DNA of 20,000 nucleotides. Origin: Atractiella rhizophila. Lineage: Eukaryota. How positions within the stretch are numbered: position 1 is the stretch's first letter; the number at the start of each line of letters is the position of its first letter. The position numbers and the translations under genes are program-made. Below, piece by piece: positions 1 through 10,291 of this stretch. Location: the NCBI GenBank assembly GCA_021432655.1, contig MU271363.1, positions 62,414-82,413 of the forward strand, in the 5' to 3' direction. The notes beneath the pieces were generated by a model that was not told where the DNA came from, did not search any database, and saw nothing but the letters and a program-made list of their open reading frames with translations.

Positions 1-493
1 ATGACATTTGGATGGTTGTCCCCAGACCTGTGGATGGGATGCTTGATTCCTCCCATTCACTGAGAGGAACGAAACACTCTTCCTCCTTGTAGTATACAGC
101 AATAGGTTCGAAGAGGGCCTCAGAGTGATTATCTGGAAGATGAAAAATGTATGTGAAGGGCTTCATGTCCAGGTGGTCCAAATCCACTGATGCATGATGT
201 TTGGTATCCCTGAAAGTTACCTTAATACTTTCTTCCTCCAAAGTGATGCAAAGATTGACTCTGCCGTCAGTCTCGACTGCATTTTCTAGATCTTCCACAG
301 AGAAGTAGGATGATTTCGACGGCCCATATTCGAACCTCCAGAATCGAATAGGTAAGACAAATGTGATCCGGAGCTTTCGAATTGATGAAGGTAGGTGAGC
401 AAGAAAAGAGGGAAGAATGGAGAGATGGATCGGACTGCCATGTTGTAATGTTCCTGGGGTGAGGAGATGGAGCAGTGCGATAGACTCTTTCCC
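1..493 (-). CDS. F-box/LRR family paralogue 1, 5' part of the main exon (runs off the window start)
   Basis: Not in the ORF track because no stop lies inside the window. Manual translation is open from 493 to 1: GKESIALLHLLTPGTLQHGSPIHLSILPSFLAHLPSSIRKLRITFVLPIRFWRFEYGPSKSSYFSVEDLENAVETDGRVNLCITLEEESIKVTFRDTKHHASVDLDHLDMKPFTYIFHLPDNHSEALFEPIAVYYKEEECFVPLSEWEESSIPSTGLGTTIQMS. It is collinear with paralogues 2 and 3. The boundary at 493 is an inferred splice acceptor. Confidence 0.85.
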
Positions 494-612
494 CTGACCG
501 TCCTTGCATAAAATCGATGATTTTCTTTTTTTCACTCTGGGAGATAACACGATGTACTAATGCCCACGAACACACATTAAACAAGACAAGAGCGGAACAG
601 ATAAGGTCATGC

Positions 613-690
613 CTGCATCGCATCTGTGCATTGTTCAACTCGAACCACCTCAACATTCTCTGGGGAATGATCAGGCCGATCAGGCATCAT
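613..690 (-). CDS. Putative first exon of paralogue 1 (MMPDRPDHSPENVEVVRVEQCTDAMQ)
   Basis: ATG-initiated micro-ORF conserved upstream of all three paralogues with frame-preserving indels. It ends CAG|GCATGA, a possible GC donor. Confidence 0.45.
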
Positions 691-1059
691 CGTGAGGATG
701 GAAATCGCAAAGCCGTTCGTGGGAGTCGATGTTTAGGCGGCCGTTTGGGACAGATGAGGATGGAGTTGGGTGGAAGTGGGCGGCCGGACGTTGAAGGCTT
801 TAGTTCTCTCGCAGTTAACTACCAGATAGTGCCACGGGAAATCCCAAAATATGTGAAAGAACTGAAATCCTTTGCAATACTAGTACCTAAATTACCCTGC
901 AAATCAAACGAGAGCTAGTGTAGAACACTCTGATATTAATGCTTCGTTCCGTAATGATCTGATTGTGAGAGGGAAGGCTAGATGTGGCTGGGATATTTAG
1001 GGAGGGCAGTTAGCAATCAGGATGACAGAGGAGGCAGAGGAAGCCACGTGCGAGAAGAT

Positions 1060-3345
1060 AGATGACACTTGAGTGAGTAGCGCCAGACAAGAGGGATGGA
1101 GGGCAGAGGCTTAGGAGCACCAGAGCGGCCGACCTAGCCGTCCTCTTGGTCCCTGATCCAACACTGTTACCGGGGCCTTCTTTCTCCATCGGTCATTTCA
1201 TTGTTGACCTCGATGTGACGAAGCAAGCATCGGTAGAAGGTGATCCATGAAGTGCGAGTCGGAGTGCGACAGAAGTTGAAGAATGGGAAATAGGATGGAG
1301 GCGGCATGGAACAGAGAGGCATAGAACGGCGACGAGTGGGAGCAGAGGTGCGAAGGAAAGCGTGAGGTGTCCCTCTGACATCCTATGTTGATTATCCGCC
1401 TCCCGCCTCCCCCTTCGCTATCCGACTTCCGACCTTCAGTCCGCGTAGGACTTCCGAGCTTTCGCGGGCTTGGTGGAGGATGAGAGACGGTGGAGTGTGA
1501 GAGGAGGGTGGAGTAAGTGTAGCAGAAAATGGAGCGGCGGAGCAAGGGACCTAGTGGGGATGTCAGTTAGGACACTTGTAGCAGGGAGAGAGGAAGAAAC
1601 GGAATACGCTGCCACCAGAACGGAATGCCCCAACGAGGCCAGAGCGTGAAAAGGCGGAGGCGTTGGGGGAAGGCGGGATGAAGGATGAACCGAGGCGGAG
1701 AGGGATGCGAGGTGGAGCGAGAGGGTAAGTGAGGCAAAAGGAGATGGCGGATGGATAAGGAGCAGGAGAGCCGCTGAATGGTCATTCTCCCGTTCTTCTG
1801 TGATCACAAACCGAACTCGTTCCCTCTGTCCAAATTTTCGTCGTTTGATATGCCCGTCGCTCTCTGGGTCCATTTAGATTACCAATATGCGAGAGAAGAT
1901 AGAAGAGCGATGGTGGAGTAGGAATGCGTTGCCTATGCAATGTGGACAGCGAGGAAATAGGCTCGTGGGCGAAAGATGGCGGCACGACTGGGGGATGGGC
2001 GAATGGGTGGGCCGCGACGTCTTTCTGTCCTCTTTTTTACCCCATCTGTGCCACAATCAAGTTCTCTGGCCATCACAAGTCACCACTACGCGTCGTGGTT
2101 GATTTCGAATGTCTAGGACGAAACAAAGTTGGCTACAGGTGAGGGACGGCGGAAACTAGTTTGAGTGATGTTGGAGAGCGAAGTGAAACGAGAGGCAACA
2201 GTGGGTTAGAGAAACCATCCCATGCCCTCCCATGTCCATCGCAATACCCGACCTGCTGTGTCACTTCCGTCCTCTGCTTTCGCAATCCGACTTTCAACTT
2301 GGCCTCGGCGTTCATTTCAGAGGGCATAGAAGTTCCTGGAGGAACGAAGGATGATGGGCGGCGAGAGGAGCACGCAGGTGAGGAGGAGAGAGAGACGCCG
2401 CGAGAGAACCAACGCGAGGGGGTTACGGGAAAGCGGGATAGGTCGCAACGGAGTATTGAGACTGGTGCAGGATGGCGCTCACTGGGTGCCCGCGTCTCCT
2501 TTTGCGTCCCACGGTTCCCTCGCATTGCTCTCTTGCTTCGTAGCCTCAGCAGTGAAGGTAAGTAGGGACGTTGGGAGTATCAAGCAGGGCTGAGGCGTGA
2601 AAGGGCTGCAGGAGGGAGACCGGTGGGGAGTGCACATGGGTGAGTAGGCGGTGAGCCTAATTCCTATGTCAGTAACCGCGATTGCAGAAACAGGAGAAGG
2701 GGAGGGGACGGTCATCTCTTTCTTTAGTAACTCTTTGTACTATATAGGGCTTTTAACCCTCCTTTGATCCAACCATGGGCCCTGTTTCCCACTCTTTTTC
2801 GCTCCTTCTTGCCGTACACTTCCCGTCGATTACCTGCTGCTCACACACTCTTTCGCTGGTTAGCAGCCCGGGCACTTCCTTCTCAGTCAGTGACGTCCGT
2901 CATGGTGTCGTGTCGTGCGTGTCGTGCTTTGCTCTCCCTTTCCATCTTTGTCATACTTCACCTTCCATGACAACCCATTCTGTTCACAATGCATCTTGAT
3001 ATCTTTCCCTTCCTTCCTCTCGCCGATTGTCCTTGCCCATTCATCACTTGCTCACACCAGAGCTACCGAATAAGTCGGCCCCCGCGTGTGGGAACGGTAC
3101 ATGAGCAAAAGTGGGCGGTGGAGGATAGCTACGGCGAAAGAGGATGTGGAGGATAGCGGAGCTGAAGGATGACGGAGTAGGCTGAAACAGGATAGGGACA
3201 CCAAACCATCCAGAGCGAAGGAGACTGTGGACGGAATAGACGACGCGATAGAGGTGAGGCAGAGAGGAGTGGGACTGCATGACATCTCAGAGCGGGAAGA
3301 GGGAAGAACGGCGGAGGGACGGCGGAAGACGTGAGGCACAGCGGT
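1060..3345. repeat. Intergenic block R, copy A
   Basis: Starts gatgacacttgagt. It is collinear with 5040-7215, 12490-14765 and 19530-20000 (shared anchors ccgacctag, cctgatcca, gtcagttaggac, gaaggtaagtaggg, cattcatcacttgctcacaccag in the full copies). Confidence 0.92.
1070..1873 (-). pseudogene. Decayed multi-exon gene of unknown function inside block R
   Basis: Begins MDPESDGHIKRRKF. A minus-strand branch/acceptor-like cctaactgacatccccactag lies near 1550-1571. A peptide RT(S/P)WITF(Y/H)RCLLR(H/D)IEV recurs in the four R copies but is broken by different frameshifts and stops. Confidence 0.4.
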
Positions 3346-3379
3346 GTGAGATGTTCGTAGTTTCGGGGAGAAGGACTAA

Positions 3380-5030
3380 CCGAAAACTTGTTCGCTTTCG
3401 CTCTCACAGATCACATTCGCGACGCGGCGCGTTACCAATGCGCAAGATCTCACGAGACACCACTGGAGAATTCACGCAAGGGCGTCTGTGGTCCCGTCTT
3501 CCGCTAATGGCAAGATCGCAGGTATCATCGTCAAGAGATGCTATCGTCTTGGGTCACGAACTGCCAGCGTAGTCGATGCTGGTACGTCTCCACGTCTCCT
3601 TCCCGCCTCTCATCCACTTGCTAAAGAAAATGAACATCGTCTGGCCCAAAGTCACACACCGCAAGAAGGGAGATCACGTCGCACTTGAGCCTGGAGAGAG
3701 AGAGAGGCTCTTATGACTGTTACGACTGCAAGGCAGGAAGGTATGAGCTATGCCCTTCCATCAAGTTCGCTGCTAGCCCTCCTTTCGTCCGTCATTCCTC
3801 TTCCTTCCGTTCGCTCTGTGGCACATGTTTGGGTGCTAACTGCATTGGACGGCAGGACGGAACCCTCCAAGGGTTCTACAACCTGAGGCGACTGTACGAC
3901 CTCTCCCTCTCCTCTACTCCTCTTTCCGATTGCGACTTATCACGTCTGTGCTGGAAGCGCCTGCAAACTTCAGGATGTGCGTCCGATTCCCTGTGCTCCA
4001 TGGATTATCTATTGTACGAAACCCACTGGATGGAACATTTCCCTCAAAGAAGGATGGTCGGGTCGCTCTCTCTGGCTGCCCAAGCGTGGCACGTATCAGT
4101 AAATGAAAGCTGCATTAAACGTCGCCATCTGTGGGTTCGTTTCCCTCCCCCCACTACTACTCCTTTGTCTTGTTGAATAAAGAATAATAACGTTGTTGTG
4201 AAGAGCTCGTCCCTTTGGACTCTTCTCACACTCAGTCGCGAGATGCTAGAAAGACATTCACTGTCGAAATCCAAGAGCGTAAGCTGTCTTTCGCGAACTG
4301 GTATGTAGGGTTGGAGACTTTTGATCGTCCGAAAGTGCGTCCGAATCTCACCTCTCGTATGCGTGTTCTGTCTTACCTTCCTTGTTTTCATGTGGCGGGT
4401 TCGTGATCGCGGTTTAGCGGAGGCGGGAGAGTAGAGGATTGGCTGTCGGAGGAGGTTCTCCATGATCGTGAAGGAGGAGTTCAGGGTTGCAGACAGGGGA
4501 TTGGATGGTATCCACCTGGGCCGCAGACTTCATGGGGCTGAGGTCCGTTTCTCCATCACTCCCGTTCTGCACTTTTGGATATTGGTGTATCGATGCACGA
4601 ATGAGAACAAGCGCGCACCCAGACCGCCCTCCATCTTGTCGAGGAAGGCAGAATGTGGCCCGGGCCGGAATGGGTACGAGTTCGTTCAAGCTCCCATCAC
4701 CGTCATCCTCATGAAGGAAGGCTCCTTTCGCTCCTTCTGTTGCTTCTCCTTCTACTGCTTGCACGCATTTCCGAAGCTTCCGGGTTGGTTATTGATTTGC
4801 GTGATAGATAAGGGCCAAGAGAGTTGAGCCAGTGATTGATCTGGTTGCTAGGGCTCTTGTCGACTTGAAGTCGCTCGAAATACAGCGCTACAAGTTCAAA
4901 GATTACAACTCGCGCCTCGAAGACAATGCAGGCTCATCTCCCGTGTTCTCTTCCGCCTCGATGTCACAAAGTTGAAAATCTGGTGATGATGGTTCGCTCT
5001 ATGGGACACGAAGGGACAGGATGTGGGGGG
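3380..5030 (+). pseudogene. Xylitol/sorbitol dehydrogenase (Zn-dependent MDR family) pseudogene, copy 1, near full length
   Basis: Ordered fragments: GVCG (3481), NGKIAGIIVK/IVLGHE, PKVTHRKKGDHVALEPG, CYDCKAGRYELCPSIKFAASPPF, intron 3787-3855 (GTCCGT..GCTAAC..CAG), DGTLQGFY, VEIQERKLSFAN, YEFVQAPITVILMKEGSFR, IDLVARALVDLKSLEIQRYKFKD. These match the known motif order of fungal polyol dehydrogenases, with several frameshifts. Confidence 0.9.
3694..3706 (+). repeat. (GA)6G microsatellite frameshifting dehydrogenase copy 1 after EPG
   Basis: gagagagagagag here, whereas copies 3 and 4 have only gagag at the equivalent site. Confidence 0.75.
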
Positions 5031-5039
5031 AGAACTTAG

Positions 5040-7215
5040 ATGACACTTGAGTCAGTAGCGGGAGATAAGAGGGATGAATGACAGAGGCTACGGAGCACGA
5101 GAGGGACCGACCTAGATGTCCACTTGTGGTCCTGATCCATCACTGCCCACATTTCTCTCCACTTTGTCCGTGAGTCATCTCTTTTTTGACCTCGACGTCA
5201 CGCAGCAAGCAGCGGTGGAAAGAGAGCCATGGAGTGCGATCCGGAGTGCGACAGAAGTTGTAGGATGAGGTGGGAGAGAGAATACGAGGGAGGGCGGCAG
5301 CATGGAACACAGGAGGGCATAGGACGCTGAGGGGTGACGAGGTGGCGCGGACGGTTGTGAACGACTCCGACATTCCATTTTGATCATCGGCCCTTGTCAC
5401 TTCTATGCTCCCCTTTCGCTATCCTACGTCCAATTCCAGTCGACCCCCAGTCGACGTTCCGAGCCCTCAGGAGCGTGGTGGAGGCAGGCTTGACGGATGT
5501 TCGAGTGCGACAGGGGGAGGATGAGATTAGGGCAAAAGGGAGCGGCGCAGCAAGGGGAGTACTACACATGTCAGTTAGGACAATTGTAGCAGGGAGAGAG
5601 AGATGGAGGGAGAAAGAGAATATACTGCTGACAAAAAAGAAAGTCCCTCCGAGGCCAGAATTGCGAAAAAGGTGCAAGGGTTGGTGGAGAGGGAAATGAA
5701 GATGAACGTTCGCAGAGAGGGGATGGGAGGTGGAATGAAAGGGTAAGTGACGCGAAAGGAGATGGCTAAGGTCAAAAGGAGGGGGAGAAACGCTTGGACG
5801 GTCATTCTCGCGTCCTTCAGCCATCACCGACCCAAATCATCCCCTCTATCCACGTTTTCGCCATTTGCGTGCCTCTCGTGCTACTGGGTTGATTTTAGAT
5901 GCCCATTATGCGAGAGAGGGTGGAAGGGCTTAGCGAGGAACGGTTCTCCAAGGCGATGGTGGACAGCGAGAAAAGGGGCGAGGAGGCGCAAGACAGCGGC
6001 ACGAATCGGGGGATGGGCGAATGACCCCATTTGCGCGGCAGTCCACCCATCACACGTTCGTGCTACACTTTACGGTTGATTTCCGATGTCTATGGTGCAG
6101 CAAGTTGGTTAGAATCGAGGGACGGCTTGGGGATGTTGGAGAGCGAGGTATGCCGAGAGAGCAACACTAGGTGAGAGAAAGTGTACCATGCCTCTTCGAT
6201 GCTCATTCTCAATTCCCAACCCAAACTGTCACCTCCTTCGTCTGCTTTGGCGATCCGCGTCCAACTATCACGCGCCGTTCATTTCTGAGTGCACAGTGGT
6301 TGCTGGAGGAGTGGAGAACGATGGACGACGAGAGGAACATGGAGGTAAATGGAGAGGGATCCTGGAAGGAGAGCGACAGGGGAGGGTTACGGCAAAACGG
6401 AAAGTGGGATAGCGGTATTGAGTTGATGCAGAACGGTGCTCCTGCATGTCTCCTTTCGCCTCCAACGCTTTCCTCGCGCTGCTCTCTCGCCTGGTGGCCC
6501 CAGCAGCGAAGGTAAGTAGGGATGCTGGGAGGGTCGCGCAGTGCTGAGGCGGGATGGGGCCACAGGAGGGAGAGGGTAAGGAGCGTCCTTGGTGAGGGGG
6601 CGAGGAAGCTGTTCCCGTTGTCATTAAGCACAGATGCAAAAGAGGAAGAGGAGTAGGATGCATATCAGCCTCTCTTTCGCCCCTCCTCGCTCGTTCTTCC
6701 CCTCCATTGCACATCGCGTGCCTCCTTTCTTGTGCTATGCCGTCCTCAGGCTCACTTTCACTGGACATCAGATAACAGTGCTGGCTCTTCCTTTTCAGTC
6801 AGTGTTGTATCTCATGGTCTCGTGCGTCGCCCTCCCTTTCCATCTCTGCCACTCGTAACCTACCTTTACGTACCATTTTGTTCACAATGCATCCCACTTC
6901 CCCTCCCATCTTCTCACTGATTGTACACGTCCATTCATCACTTGCTCACACCAGGGCTGCCGACTACATCGGCCGTCGCGTGTGGGGAGGCACATGAGCA
7001 AAGAAGGACGATGGAGGTTAGCTGTAGTGGAAAGGAATGTGGAGGAGGGCGAGCCAGAGGGGATGGCGAAGGAGGGTGAAAGAGGAGAGGGGCACCAGAA
7101 CCAGCCAGAGTGAAGGAGACCAGGGACGGATGAGAGCACGCGAGATCGCGAGAGGTGAAGCCTGTGAGAAAGCAGCGAACTGAAAGCGGGAATGCCAGGA
7201 ACGACGGCGGAGATA
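5040..7215. repeat. Intergenic block R, copy B (most diverged; no adjacent F-box gene)
   Basis: gatgacacttgagtcagtagcg at 5040 and collinear anchors to ~7215. It directly abuts the 3' end of dehydrogenase copy 1. Confidence 0.85.
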
Positions 7216-7673
7216 CCATAGCCAGCGATAGAAGGTGGCTGCAGATTCACCCTTATCCTGGCGATCGTAGAAAATCATTCAACACCATAGCACTTTCCGT
7301 GCAACGATCTACCCGAAGAAAAGCATCGCGATTTACGCCTCCCCACCGCAGTTGACATTCTTAGGCGGACTATTCTATGGATGGAGTTGACAGGAATGAG
7401 GCTGAGAGGAGGTTGATCAACGACGCCCATTTGTGTGTTCTTCTTTAGTTCTTGAAGCAAATTTTCAGGGGAAGCGTTGAGTATACTGCGATATGTTGAG
7501 AATGGTGCTGAGAACCCCCCAAAGTAGAATTGCTACCAGAGACCTTATGCACGGACTTGTTCGTTGGAGGATCTTTTCTGTCGGACACTTGCATCCACGC
7601 ACCAATCTCATGCCGAACTACACCACGTCTGAGAAGGAGGTGACAGCTAAGGCGTGGATGGAGGCCAGCTGGA

Positions 7674-8300
7674 TCGCAGACTTTGGTTCCTTCCAAACGT
7701 GCGTCCCACTGTTACCTTGCTGACCTGCATTTTGTCTTATTTTTGCTTATGGTGCGTTTTGTTTATGTTTAGCAGAGGTGTAATTGTGCTTTCAAGGAGG
7801 ATAGGGGATAGGGGGGTTCTGAAGGAGAAGCTCAAGGTTGCAGATGGGGATTGGAGGTATTCTCCTGGCTGTATATTGCATGGGGGCTGAGGTCCGTTTC
7901 TCCATCCTTCTTCCTTTGCTGCGCTTTTAGGTATTGGTGTACTAATACTGATGCACGGAATGAGAACAGGCGTGCATCCTGACCGTGCTCCACATATGAG
8001 AAGGATAACAGAATGTACAGGTGGGGATGGGCAATGATTCCCGCCAAGAGCTCATCACCGCCATCGTCAAGGCAGAAGTGACTATCAATGGTTCCTTCCA
8101 GTCCATCCTCCCTCGTACTTCCTGCGCATGACCAGTTAGCGAGCACGCATCGCTAGGGACCATGTAGGCCTGAAGCCGCCCACTACTCATTGCTACAAGT
8201 CCAAGATGCAATCCACGAATTAAGACCGCTCAGGTTCGTCTCTCCCTGTTCCTGTGATTGTCCTAAAGTTGACACTGGGTTATGTAAATGGGTAGAGAGA
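7674..8300 (+). pseudogene. Xylitol/sorbitol dehydrogenase pseudogene, copy 2 (3' part only)
   Basis: tcgcagactttggttcc followed by a GTGCGT donor, then GIGGILLAVYCMGAE|GTCCGT, VGMGND..ITAIVKAEVTINGSFQ and RIARDHVGLKPPTTHCYK. Collinear with 4310-4990. Confidence 0.8.
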
Positions 8301-8309
8301 TGAGATGAT

Positions 8310-9485
8310 TTCAAGAAGACCCCCATCGCCCTCGAGCGCGGAGAGTCATGTAGGACGTGCTACAACTCCAATGCGGGAAGGTAGGAGTTCTGTCCCTTCA
8401 TCGAATTCCCCGCTACCTTTTCTTCCGTGAGCTTGCCTCTTCCTTCTCTCTCCTTTTCGTGGTACACAACTTCGTGCTGACTCGATTGGTTGGCAGGGCG
8501 GAAGCTGCGAGGCTACAGACTACGGCGAGACCTGTACATTATTTCCATACCCCTCCGCTCTCCAAACGCTGCCTTATCGTGTCCGTGATCACAAAACCTC
8601 CAGATTTCCAGATGCCTTCCAAGCCCTCTACTCTCGTCGAATATATCTCATAACAGACTGCTGGTGTTTGACAGAATGTCTCCCTAGCAGAAGGGTTCGA
8701 TGAGCGAATCGCTCTCTGTGGCCGTTCAAAGCCTAGCACGTATCGGAGAATGAAAGCGGAGTCGAAGTTTGAACGTTACCTTGGTCCGGTTCGTCTCCCT
8801 TTCTCCTCTTCCTCCTGTACCCTTCGAATGAAAACTAATAACGCGTTGACTTGTGTTGTGAACAGCCGATCCGAGAGTGCTACTCGCACAGGCAGTCGCG
8901 AAGCCGTTAGGTACTGGAAGGATAAAGCTGTCGATATTCACGAGCGTAGGCTAACTTTCGCGAACAAGTGCGTGTCGCAGACTTTCGTTCCTCCAATGTG
9001 TGTCGACCTCTAGCCTCTCTCATGCACGTTTTGTCTTACGTTTCTGTTCCTTTACGGGAACAGGCGTGCATTCAGACTGTCTAACTTTTCAAGGACGGCG
9101 GAAAGTAAGTCTAAGTGGGAATGGGCACCGAGTTCGTTCTAGGTGCTGCCATCCTCACGAATGAGGTGGCCGTCAAAGGTTCTTCCGGTCCGTTCTCCCT
9201 CCTATGTTTTGTTCTATAACTTTGTTCTGACGCTTCGTTTATTTGCGCCGATGAATATAGACCGGGTGTTATGAAGAGACTGATTTGGTTGCTAGCGGCC
9301 TCTTAGACTGGCTGAGCCGCTCTTCACATTACTTCAAGTTTAGAGATGCAATTCGCGCCTTTAAGACAATACAGGCTCGCCTCCTCGCTTCTTTTCGCCT
9401 TGATCTGACAAAACTGAAATCTGACGATGATGCTTTGCTCTAAGACGGGGAGGACGAGTTCGAAAGCGTCATCGACGGATAGGTC
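8310..9485 (+). pseudogene. Xylitol/sorbitol dehydrogenase pseudogene, copy 3 (lacks N-terminus and one internal exon)
   Basis: Fragments IALERGESCRTCYNSNAGR*EFCPFIEFPAT, NVSLAEG/SLSVAVQSLARIG, VLLAQAVAKPLGTGRI/AVDIHERRLTFANKCVSQTFVPP, ACIQTV*LFKDGGK*V*VGMGTEFV..AILTNEVAVKGS, DLVASGLLD and HYFKFRDAIRAFKTIQA, with several in-frame stops. Confidence 0.88.
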
Positions 9486-9559
9486 AACGATTGAACTTTG
9501 TAGCGACATGAATGCAACTCTCTGGGCTATTAAGGAAATGAAGGAACAAAAAGTTGGGA

Positions 9560-9700
9560 TCTCTGCTACTACAAGGGGTTCAAGGGATGGTACCATTGTT
9601 GTACCACATCTTCAATCTTCGACGGCAGCCCCATCTGTTCTCTTAAGTAGTCCGTTGTCGAAATGCCAGAGTTGTTGTCAACCGTAAGAACAACTCAAGG
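9560..9700 (-). pseudogene. Decayed exon of an unknown gene downstream of F-box paralogue 2
   Basis: VVLTVDNNSGISTTDYLREQMGLPSKIEDVVQQWYHPLNPL** aligns with the same frame at 16582-16752. Confidence 0.35.
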
Positions 9701-10291
9701 GCTCTAAGGGTGAATCCGCTTCTTTACATCATGGCACTTATCGAATGAACTTGATGTCCTAACTGCTTTTACAAAGAATCAGCAGAATTGTTTGCAGGAC
9801 AGAGGACATCCATAATACACACAGAGAGCGTCCTCCTCACAAACCCGACCTTTTCAGGGCCTGAAGCCTCCGAAATAATCATCAACAGCAATTCTACTCC
9901 TTCCCATCCAGTGTCTTCATTGCCCGCATCCCTAGTTTCCAGATCCCCCAAGAACCCGCAGATAAACACTAGGAAACTGACTCACCCCCCGCAGTACGAA
10001 ATAGCTATGACCTTTACAGCATTGTGTGCTAATATTGTGCATAGAAAGACTTGAAGATTGCTCATAACCATCAAGTACGAGGTGTCGAGTATGACGGAGT
10101 GACTTTTGTGAGGAGCGGTATGTTGCATAAAGGGTGGAGGGATGGAGGGATGGTGTTGTTCCGAATAAATTCCAGCCCTGTCCCTAGTCACCCAAATTCA
10201 ATGCTGTGTGTTAGATGAAGAGCGATACGAAATGCACACCTTCTCCTCGTGTCTTCTCTAGAACACAGATGAAATTTGAGTACCTCCAGCA

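Noticed and set aside
267..656. Alternate-frame ORF (129 aa) with a counterpart at 11607..12044
   Set aside because: It overlaps the conserved F-box frame, and this frame is closed by TGA at 18969-18971 in copy 3.
517..918. Plus-strand ORF similar to 19157..19399
   Set aside because: Copy 2 has an in-frame TGA (12310-12312) and the starts differ. The similarity follows from DNA duplication.
2738..2750. TATA-like tatatag
   Set aside because: It is not conserved in copy C (tgtatag) and no intact gene lies downstream.
3685..4176. 163-aa ORF as a functional dehydrogenase
   Set aside because: It reads through a 69-nt intron, starts at TTG, lacks GHE in frame and leaves the dehydrogenase frame after DGTLQGFY.
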